NCBI GenBank assembly: GCA_009914755.4
Contig: CP068257.2
Coordinates: 24,480,001 to 24,544,000 of the forward strand
DNA length: 64,000 nucleotides
Reading direction: 5' to 3'
Source of the DNA: the human T2T-CHM13v2.0 reference genome, Homo sapiens
The position numbers were made by a program, and so were the translations under genes. Positions within the stretch are counted from its first letter, which is position 1, and every line of letters starts with the position of its first letter. This document shows, piece after piece, positions 55,219 to 64,000 of the stretch. The notes below the pieces were generated by a model. The model made no database searches. It saw only the letters and a program-made list of their open reading frames with translations, and had not been told where the DNA came from.

Positions 55219-56874
55219 TGATTTATTTTAATTTAAATAAAAGCAACTCGAGGTTAGCATCATATCAGGCTACTCTCAGTTGTATTCTAGTATCTCTCTT
55301 GAGTGTGGGAGTAAGGGATGGAGCTGTAGCTAGTTTGCTGAGAACTGGACAAAACCCTGACCACTCCCTAGGGCGTGTGCCTAGGATGTGAAAGATATGC
55401 CTCCTGTTTTCAGACGGCACCGTGCTTGGAAAGGCTGCTTGCCAGAGGTGTTGAAAGGATGCCACTGGGCTGGTCCTGCACAATGGAAGACCACATCACA
55501 TGCTCCAAGAGAGTCACTCCCCAGAGCAGCTGCAGGAAGCCACAGCTCTGTGGCCTGGGATCCTTGCCACACTGAATATTAGTGATAGACATTGGAGCCG
55601 AGGGGATCTTATGCTTCAAGGCAGCTGGATCTCTTTTTTACTGGTCAAATCATACCTAAGGATTGTCTTTCGTGTCCTAGAGACTTTGATGAGTAATTCA
55701 ACTTTTAAAATCCAAGTGAAGGCTGTGGCTAGAGAAGCATGAGCTAAACCTAAAATGAATGGGAACATTACAGTCTAACAAGCCTTGAGAATTCAGGTTC
55801 ACATTCCCTAAAGAAACAACATCCTGAATGATGAAACAAACACACAAACCAACCAACAATTTGTGATGTGAGATACCAAAACAGACACCCCTTTATCACC
55901 TAAGATGGACTGTAAGGTTAAGGAAACAAAGTTACCTACAGGGTTAGGGTTCGGGGACTGGCTGGCATGACCAATTTCTCAATTTCTATGGCTCTAAACT
56001 CCCTAATAATAGGAACTATCAGCCCCATCCTGTGATTTACAACCCAGACCACTACAACTCTAATTGGAATGAGGACCAGCCTTACAAACATTCTTTTCTG
56101 ATAAGCAATTGCAGACCTTAAGCCAGTGTCAGCCAGTTTATTAGAGGCTGTGCACAAACTGTCTTTGGGTCCTGTAGTTCACCTTTTGATGTAAAGAGCC
56201 AAATTTTACCTCATTTTAACACTAAAACCCTGCCCCAAAGTGTACATGGGATGTCACATACATATTTACCCATTGCACATGCACTCAGCTCCCCTCATAA
56301 ATATGTATATCTTTTCCTCCAAACCTGCTGAATATGTATGACTCCACTGTGTGAAACAGACCCTGTGAGGCATGAAACCCAACTGTCCTTCCTCTCTTTT
56401 GAAGAGAGACCACATTCAGCATACACCGAAGACTATGTCTTCCGGGTTTGCAAATTGATATTGCCAATAAAGCTCTCCTTTCTGTTATTTAGCCATCACG
56501 ATGGTCTTTTGAATGATAAATTCACAAAAGCACCAAATCATTCAATATACAACGTTGTCCCTGAGCAAACACCCAACTTTATCCCTTAAATAACATTTTT
56601 GTCCCGTGTGTAATTTATTCAGTTAAATATAACTATTAGAAATGAAAGTGTTCAGTATTGGTGGATCAATAAAAAATTTTTATATTCTCACTTTGGGTGG
56701 GAATTAAAAAAAAACTGGTTCATTTGCTCCCATTAAGGAGCTAATGTTTATATGAGAAAAATATCTGGGCAAGAAAAAGAAAAGGCACAGTGAAAAAAGT
56801 ACATCAGTAAATACAATTTAGTATAAAGTATTTGTGCACATATATGTGAATTCATCAGAAGAAAAGTAAGGATC

Positions 56875-57000
56875 AGGCCTGGTGGCTTGTGCCTATAATC
56901 CCAGCATTTTGGGAGGCCAAGGCAGGAGGATCACTTGAGCCTAGGAGTTCAAGACCAGTTTGGGCTCAAAATGAGACCCTGTCTCTACAAAAAATAAAAT
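56875..57000 (+). mobile_element. Alu-monomer-like element (FLAM/FRAM-like).
   Basis: TCAGGCCTGGTGGCTTGTGCCTATAATCCCAGCATTTTGGGAGGCCAAGGCAGGAGGATCACTTGAGCCTAGGAGTTCAAGACCAG... Confidence 0.65.
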
Positions 57001-57026
57001 ATATTTTTTAAAATTTAAAAATTTTG

Positions 57027-57278
<252 letters not shown>

Positions 57279-57488
57279 TTAAAAAGAAAATGAGAGTTAC
57301 AGACCTGTAGCGTTGGAAGGGTGAATAAGGGACCTTCAGAGGAGGTTTTTTGTTTTTGTTTTTTATCAGGGTATTTGATAACAACCATTAAGAAAGAAGA
57401 AAGGAGGATGTTCGAAGGAGAAACCATGTAAATACATCAAGAGTGTTCATGATGGGGGTGGTAAGTGGGAGTTAGCTATAGGAAGAGG

Positions 57489-57800
57489 TTTTTTTTTTTG
57501 TTTTTTTTTTTTTGAGACTGACTCTTGCTCTGTCACCTGGGCTGGAGTGCGGTGGTTTGATCTCCACTCACTGCAGCCTCCCCCGCTGCCCCGGGTTCAA
57601 GTGATTCTCCTGACTCAGCCTCCCGAGTAGCTGGGATTACAGGCACGCACCACCAGGTCCGGCTAATTTTTGTATTTTTTAGTACAGACAGGGCTTCACC
57701 ATGTTGGCCAGGCTGGTCTTGAACTCTTGACCTCAAGTGATCTGCCTGCCTCAGCTGCCTAAAGTGTTGGAATTACAGGCATGAGCCAGCACAACCGGCC
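57489..57800 (-). mobile_element. Alu (antisense, full length) with the 10-bp TSD AGGAAGAGGT.
   Basis: The flanks are GGAAGAGGT|TTTTTTTTTTGTTTTTTTTTTTTTGAGACTGACTCTTGCTCTGTCACCTGGGCTGGAGTGCGGTGG... and ...CCGGCC|AGGAAGAGGTCTTAATG. Confidence 0.92.
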
Positions 57801-58291
57801 AGGAAGAGGTCTTAATGTTAGAAGACCTGAGGAATTTAGGTCAGATGGAATAGGCAGCAGTGGGCAATTAGTCACTACAGATTTACCAATCATGATCTGA
57901 CATTTTAACATTTCTAGAGGCTTGTCCACGGGGAAAGTATAGGGAGATTCAGAGGATGAAAAAGTTGAGATTGGGAAGAGAAGGAAGAAGAATGTGCCAG
58001 AGGTTCCAGGAATGAACATAGATAGGGTCTGTGAAAAGTTTGTGAAAAAATCACACAAGGACATCTTATTACTAATAAGGATGCCTAAGGATTACAGTGT
58101 GTCAGGCTGAGGACGTATACAGACGGGATCTCTGAATACTCATGAGTTGTATTGGGTTAACATTGCATGTCACAAATGAAGAGGTGAAAGAGTAAGGGGA
58201 AGAGAAAGGAGGGTTTGTACCCAGTTCTGTCTAACCTGGACACCTTTAGTGACAATGCTGAACTGCAAAGGAGAAAAAGTGATTTGAAAAC

Positions 58292-58612
58292 TTTTTTTTT
58301 TTTTTTTTTGAGACAGAGTCTCAGTCTTGCTGTCTTGCCCAGGCTTGAGTACAGTGGCGTGATCTTGGCTCACGGCAACCTCCGCCTCCAGAACTCAAGC
58401 TATCCTCCTGCCTCAGCCTCCTGAGTAGGGGTGGGATTGCAGGCACACATACACCTGGCTAATTTTTTTTTTTTTTGTATTTTGTATTTTTAGTAGAGAT
58501 AGGGGTTTCATCATGTTGCCTAGGCTGGTCTTGAACTCCTGGCCTCAAGTGATCCACCCGCCTCAGCCTCCCAAAGTGCTGTGATTGCAGGCATGAGCCA
58601 CTGCACCTGGCC
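58292..58612 (-). mobile_element. Alu (antisense, full length).
   Basis: TTTTTTTTTTTTTTTTTTGAGACAGAGTCTCAGTCTTGCTGTCTTGCCCAGGCTTGAGTACAGTGGCGTGATCTTGGCTCAC...GCATGAGCCACTGCACCTGGCC. Confidence 0.92.
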
Positions 58613-59796
58613 TGAAATCTTTTTTTTTAAATGAGGGAAATAATAAATTTAATGTTCATTTTGTAGGTGGAAATCAGAAGTACATGCAATAGGAATTAAC
58701 TTGAATATGATGCATAAAGTTTGAAGCAAAGGTGAGTGATAGATGAACATTGGTGATGTAACTCCGGAAGTTGTCTGTCATAACTGATGACTTATCCCCA
58801 TCATATGTGCTGAAAACTACTCAGATGAAGTTAACAACCTGATATTACAAAATAAGCATATATATTTTGTGTTTATAAGAACCTAATAATCATCTGGAGA
58901 CTTAGTACTTGGGGGGTGAGCTATAGATAGCCCTGTGTATCAGGGTTTTCCAAACAAACAGAACCAATGGGATATATATAGATATATAAAGACACTTCTT
59001 ATAGGAATTGGCTCAGGAGATTATAAAGGCCAAGAAGTTCCAATATGTGCCCCCTGCAAGCCGAAGAACCAGGAAATCCAGTGTAATTCTTGCATGTGAA
59101 GCTGAAGGGCTGAAGAGTGGCTGCTGGTATTGAAGGCTCAAGAACCTGGAGCTCTGAAGTCAAGGGCAGGAGCAGATGATGGATGTCCCAGCTTCAGAAG
59201 AGAGAGCAAATTTGCCTTCCTCCACCTCTTTTATGATTCCTATGCTCAGTTAATTGAATGATGCCCACTCACATTAGTGAGGATGGGTTTTTGATACCCA
59301 GTCTATTGATTCAAATGCTAATCTCTTCCAGAAATACTCTCACAGACTCTCCCAGAAATAATATTTTACCAGCTGTCTGGGCATCCCTTAACCCAGGATG
59401 GGCTAAGAGACAAGTGGACACATAAAGTTAACCACCATACCCTGTAAATATGGTATGAGAAGGGATCGAGTCATATTTCATATCAAGATTATTTTCCAAT
59501 GCATAGATGCCTTGGAATAATACTTCTTATAAAATAATGAGTAACATTTTCTAGCACAAGTTCCAAACTGTGTACCATGGAACCCTAGCTCGGTCATATG
59601 TTGCTCGGTATTGCATGCATACCCGAAAAGAATTCTGTAATCAAGTAACTTTGAGAAATAAGAGGTTAAACAAAATTAAACAAATACCTTCACTTTAAAA
59701 TGCATACAATTCTTTAAGATGATAATCTGCATTTTGAATTTTAAAGAGGGTAGGTAGCTTCAGTATGTAGCATCACTCCCTCTCCCTATTTCTTTT

Positions 59797-60208
59797 TTCT
59801 TTTTTTTTTTTTTGAGACATAGTCTCTCTCTTTTCCCCAGGCATGATCTCTGCTCACTGCAACCTCTGCCTCCAGGGATCAAGCAATTCTCATGCCTCAG
59901 CCTCCTGAGTGGCTGGGATTACAGGTGTGTGCCACCATACCCGGCTAATTTTTTTTTTTGTATTTTTAGTAGAGATGGGGTTTCACCATGTTGGCCAGGC
60001 TGGTCTTGAACTCCTGACCTCAAGTGATCCACCCACCTCAGCCTCACAAAGTGCTGGGATTACGTGCGCACACACCTAGCTAATTTTTGTATTTTAGAAG
60101 AGACGGGGTTTCACCATGTTGACTGATCTCGAACTCCTGACCTCAAGTGATCCACCTGCCTGGGTCACCCAAAGTGCTGGGATTACAGGCATGAGCCACC
60201 GCGCCTGC
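59797..60208 (-). mobile_element. Alu (antisense) with a tandemly duplicated arm, ~410 bp in total.
   Basis: One poly-T plus right arm, followed by two consecutive copies of GTATTTTTAG(T/A)AGAGA(T/C)GGGGTTTCACCATGTTG...CTCCTGACCTCAAGTGATCCACC...AAAGTGCTGGGATTAC at 59950-60070 and 60075-60205. Confidence 0.8.
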
Positions 60209-61271
60209 CTGGCACCTCTCCCCATTCCTTGTTTTTGTTTGCTGCACCAACTCCTAGTGTTGCACAAAGCATGCTTTAGGGAATGTGGTTTGGAAGCATT
60301 CGAATCAAACCCTTGAATTTTTTTAGACCCTTGTAGAAGTGAAGGTTTATAGTGTACATTTTTGTCAAAGCAGATGGGTTCTTTTCACTGAAAGTTGTTT
60401 TCACACATGACCTTGAAAATAAATTAATAAAAAAAAAGTAGAAATATTAGGCTGACAGACATTTTAAAGTAGGGCATAAGATGCCATAAAAAGCCTTTTG
60501 AAAGTTTAAAATAGGAGTTAAAGTGTGTGTTATATGGAAGATACCAGATTAGAGTCTTTGAATATTTATTATATAAATGTGCAAGTATATGACCAGCTTC
60601 TTCCCAGTTTGGGGGAGTAATGGGACGGCATTCAGTTCACATTTGAGACTGCTTCTCTTTAAATTTTCGTAAGTGAAAAGGAAGAAGGATCACTAAGTTT
60701 ACAAAGACAAGTCTCGGAATAAGACTTTCGTTCACTGTATTGCCTTTAATCATCTGGTGGGAGGGCCCTCAAGAAGTGGCCAAGGCCCTATGAAGATTGG
60801 TGAAGAGTTTCAAGGAGGAGAATTGAAGGAGACAGCTATGGGATTAATTTTGAGAGATGCCTTTGCTGAAATGTCTCATAAAATATACATGGAGAGCAAG
60901 GGCACAAGGAGACAGAGAACTCTCTCGGCCAAACAATAAATCAGAATTTCCATAGTTTTTCTCTGTTAGTCCTTATTGAAAAATTTGTCTACTGCTAATG
61001 GTGTCAAGTAGCCCTGCCAGCCCTCATTATTGTACCAAAAAGCAAAACGAGGAAAAGGTTTAGGGAGCTAGGTCTAAAAGGAATATCATTTCTGTTTCCC
61101 AACAATTAGTGAAAACAGATTCTGTTACCAAAATCTTGCAGAACCAAGGGTCCTAATACCCACTTTATTCTGGTGAGTTTGTCAGTCGATAAAAAATACT
61201 AACAGGCCAGGTTCTTTTCTCAGATAAACAGTAAAATAACATGGTTATAAACAGAAAAAAAATGGTGAAAA

Positions 61272-61989
61272 CACAAATCTTGGTGTATTAGGCCATTCTT
61301 GCATTGCCAAAAAGAAATATCTGAGACTAGGTAGTTTATAAAGAAAAGAGGCCGGGTGCAATGGCTCACACCTGTAATCCCAGCACTTTGGGAAGCTGAG
61401 GTGGACAGATAACCTTAGGTCAGGAGTTCGAGACCAGCCTGGCCAACGTGGTGAAACCTCATCTCTACTAAAAATACAAAAATTAGCTGGGTGTGGTGGC
61501 ATGCACCTGTAATCCTAGCTACTCAGGAGGCTGAGGCAGGAGAATCACTTGAGCCTCAGAGCAGAGATAGTGCCACTGCCTTCCAGCGTGGGCCACAGGA
61601 TGAGACTCCATCTCAAAAAAAAAGAGAGAGAGATTTAATCAGCTTATGATTCTTCAGGCTTTGCAGGAAGCCTGATGCTGGCATCTGCTTGGCTTCTGGT
61701 GAGGCCTCAGGAAACTTACAATCATGATGGAAGGTGAAGGGGGAGTAGGGATGTCACATGACCAGACCGGGAACAAGAGAAAGCATGGTGCCACACACTT
61801 TTAAACAGCCAGATCTCATGAGAAGTCACTCATCACAAGGACAGCAACAAACAGATAGTGCTAAACGATTCATGAGTAATCCACCCCCATGATCCAATCA
61901 CCTCCTACCAGGTCCCGCCTCCAATACTAGGGATTACAATTCCACATGAGATTTGGGTGGGGATAAGTACACAAACTATATCATTCTGC
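61272..61989 (-). mobile_element. MaLR (MST/THE1-type) LTR, antisense, the 3' LTR of a complete element, interrupted by a nested Alu at 61351-61620.
   Basis: TGTATTAGGCCATTCTTGCATTGCCAAAAAGAAATATCTGAGACTAGGTAGTTTATAAAGAAAAGAG[Alu]...AGCTTATGATTCTTCAGGCTTTGCAGGAAGCCTGATGCTGGCATCTGCTTGGCTTCTGGTGAGGCCTCAGGAAACTTACAATCATGATGGAAGGTGAAGGGGGAG...CATGAGATTTGGGTGGGGATAAGTACACAAACTATATCA. Confidence 0.8.
61351..61620 (+). mobile_element. Alu (sense) nested inside the MaLR LTR.
   Basis: GGCCGGGTGCAATGGCTCACACCTGTAATCCCAGCACTTTGGGAAGCTGAGGTGGACAG...CCATCTCAAAAAAAAAGAGAGAGAG. Confidence 0.9.
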
Positions 61990-63635
61990 CCCAGCCCCTC
62001 TCAAATCTCATGTCCCTCTCTCATTTCAAAATACAATCATGCCTTCCCAACAGTCCTCCAAGGTCTTGACTTGTTCCAGCATTAACTCAAAAGTCCAAAG
62101 TCCAAATTCCAAGTCCAAAGTCTCATCTGAGACTCATCTCTTTCCATCTATGAGCCTGTAAAATCAAAACAAGTTATTTACTTCCAAGATATAATGGGAG
62201 TACCAGCACTGGGTAAACATTCCCATTCCAAAAGGGAGAAATCAGCCAAAAGAAAGGGGCTATAGTCTTCATGCAATTTCAAAACCCAGCAGGGCAGTCA
62301 TTAAACCTTAAAGTTCCAAAATAATTTCCTTTGACTCCATGTCCCACATCCAGGGCACACTGGAGCAAGGGGTGGGCTCCCAAGGCTATCAGCAGCTCTG
62401 CCTCTGTGGCTTTGCAGCTGGGTACAGCCCTCATGGCTGCTCTCACAGGTTGTTGAGTGCCATGGCTTTTCTAGGCACAAGGTGTAAGCTGCTGGTAGAT
62501 CTGCCATTCTCAGGCCTAGAAGGCAGGGGCCCCCTTCTCACAGCTCTGCCAGGTCATGCCCCATTGGGGACTCTGTGTGGGGTCTCCAGCCTCACACTTC
62601 CCCTTGTCACTGCCCTAGTAGAGGTTATCTTTGGAGGCTCTGCACCTGCAACAAGTTTCTGCCTGGGCACCCAGGCTTTCTTGTACAGCCTCTGAAATTT
62701 AGGTTGAGGCTGCCAAGCATTCTTTAATCTTATATTCTGTGCACCTACATACATAACACTGTGTGGAAGCCTCCAAGTCTTATGGCTTGCATTCTCCAAA
62801 GTGGCAGCCCAAACTGTACCTGGGTCCCTTTGAACCGCAGCTGGAGCTGGAGTGGCTGGGATATGGAGAGCAGTGTTCCAAGGCTGTGCAGGGCAGTGGG
62901 GCCTTGGGCCTAGCCCACAAAACCATTCTTTCTTCCTAGGTCTCTGGGTCTGTGATGGAAGGAGCTGCTGCAAAGGTCTCTTAAATACCTTCAAGGCCTT
63001 TTCCCCATTTTCTTGGATATTACCATCTGGATTCTTTTTAGTTATGCAAATATCTCTAGCAAGTGGTTTGCTCTGCAACCTGCTTGGATTCTTCCCATGA
63101 AAATGGGCTCAGCTTTTCAACCACATGGCCAGCCTGCAAATTTTCCAAACTTATACGCTGTCCTTCCCTTTTAAATATGAGTTCCAGCTTTAAGTCACTT
63201 CTTTGCTCCTATATCTGAGTCGGGCTGCTAGAAGCAGCCAGGTTAATTCCTAAATGCTTTGCTGCTTAGAAATTTCTTCTGCCAGATACCCTAGGTCATC
63301 ACTCACAAGTTCAAACTTCCACACACCCCTGGGGCATGAAGAGAATGCAGCCAAGTTCTTTGCTAATGCATAGCACATGTGATCTTTGCTCCAATTCCCA
63401 ATAAGTTCCTCATTTCCATCTGAGACCTTGGCAGGCCTGGACTTCACTATTCATATTTCTGTCAGCATTTTGGTGACAACCATTTAACCAGTCTCTAAGA
63501 TATTCCAAACTTTTCCTCATCTTCCTGTCTTCTGAGCTCTCCAAACTCTTCCAACCTCTGCCCAGTTCCAAAGTTACTTCCATGTTTTCAGATATCTTTA
63601 TATCAATGCCCCCATTACTCAGCACTAATTTTCTG
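61990..63635 (-). mobile_element. MaLR internal region (MST/THE1-int-like, noncoding), antisense.
   Basis: Characteristic MaLR-internal blocks: ...CCATGTCCCACATCCAGGGCACACTGGAGCAAGGGGTGGGCTCCCAAGGC...GCTTTGCAGCTGGGTACAGCCCTCATGGCTGCTCTCACAGG...GGTCTCTGGGTCTGTGATGGAAGGAGCTGCTGCAAAGGTCTCTTAAATACCTTCAAGGCCTTTTCCCCATTTTCTTGG... It lies between two same-orientation LTRs. Confidence 0.7.
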
Positions 63636-64000
63636 TGTTACATCGTTCTTGCATTGCTGTAAAGAAATACCTGAGATGGGTAATTTGTAAAGAAAAGAGG
63701 ACTATTTCCCTCACACTTCTGCAGGCTTTACATGAATCACAGTGCTGGCATCTGCTTGACTTCTGGTGAAGCTTCAGGGAGTTTTCAATCATGGTGGAAT
63801 GCAAAGGGGAAGCACACACATCACCTGGTGAAAGCATGTGATGAGCAAGAGAGAGAGAGCGGTTGGGGGTGTTGCCACACACTTTTAATGAGACCAGATC
63901 TCATGTGAACTCAGAGGGAGATCTCACTTATCACCAAGGGAGTGGCCCAAGGCATTCATGAGGGATCCACCTCCATGATTGAAACATCTCCCACCAGGCC
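63636..64000 (-). mobile_element. MaLR (MST-type) LTR, antisense, the 5' LTR of the same element, running off the window end.
   Basis: TGTTACATCGTTCTTGCATTGCTGTAAAGAAATACCTGAGATGGGTAATTTGTAAAGAAAAGAGGACTATTTCCCTCACACTTCTGCAGGCTTTACATGAATCACAGTGCTGGCATCTGCTTGACTTCTGGTGAAGCTTCAGGGAG...ACTTTTAATGAGACCAGATCTCATGTGAACTCAGAGGGAGATCTCACTTATCACCAAGGGAGTGGCCCAAGGCATTCATGAGGGATCCACCTCCATGATT. Confidence 0.8.

Noticed and set aside
62554-63078. 174-aa minus-strand ORF, with overlapping 118-aa and 82-aa plus-strand ORFs.
   Set aside because: It lies entirely inside the noncoding internal region of a MaLR element. Long open frames there are chance events, and MaLR internals are not known to encode proteins.

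Overview
This window is primate, almost certainly human, genomic DNA. It is not prokaryotic: about 32 Alu insertions, L1 fragments, MaLR LTRs and a CpG island are present. The window covers the 5' end of the amyloid precursor protein gene (APP, chr21q21.3), which is transcribed on the minus strand.

Coordinates 1-48694 are the first ~48.7 kb of APP intron 1; exon 2 is not in the window. APP exon 1 lies at 48695-~48898. Its coding part (48695-48751) gives MLPGLALLLLAAWTARALE and is followed by a GTGGGT donor. The 147-nt 5'UTR (48752-~48898) matches, from memory, the published APP 5'UTR (AGTTTCCTCGGCAGCGGTAGG...GGGTCGCG-ATG). A ~1.8 kb CpG island (~47480-49340) spans exon 1, the TATA-less GC-rich promoter and the first ~1.2 kb of intron 1. 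The remaining ~15 kb (48899-64000) is 5' flanking and intergenic DNA.

In the flank there is a possible head-to-head noncoding first exon with an AG|GTGAGT donor at ~49183, and a dense mixed-orientation Alu cluster at 56.9-61.6 kb. A full-length MaLR element (LTR-internal-LTR, minus strand, 61272-64000) carries a nested Alu.

In intron 1 there are 23 Alu copies, four of them with clear target-site duplications. One Alu has a long (GAAA)n-expanded tail. There are also two copies of a hAT-like DNA transposon with terminal inverted repeats, an L1 3' fragment abutting a solo THE1/MST-type LTR, and several microsatellites.

I found no evidence of a novel or undescribed system. This is a well-studied locus, and the interest lies in regulatory and structural details. 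Apart from the 57 coding nucleotides of APP exon 1, none of the listed six-frame ORFs looks like a real gene. Coordinates near 48.75-48.9 kb carry a +/-1 uncertainty, because the ORF track and my reading of the printed sequence disagree by one base there.
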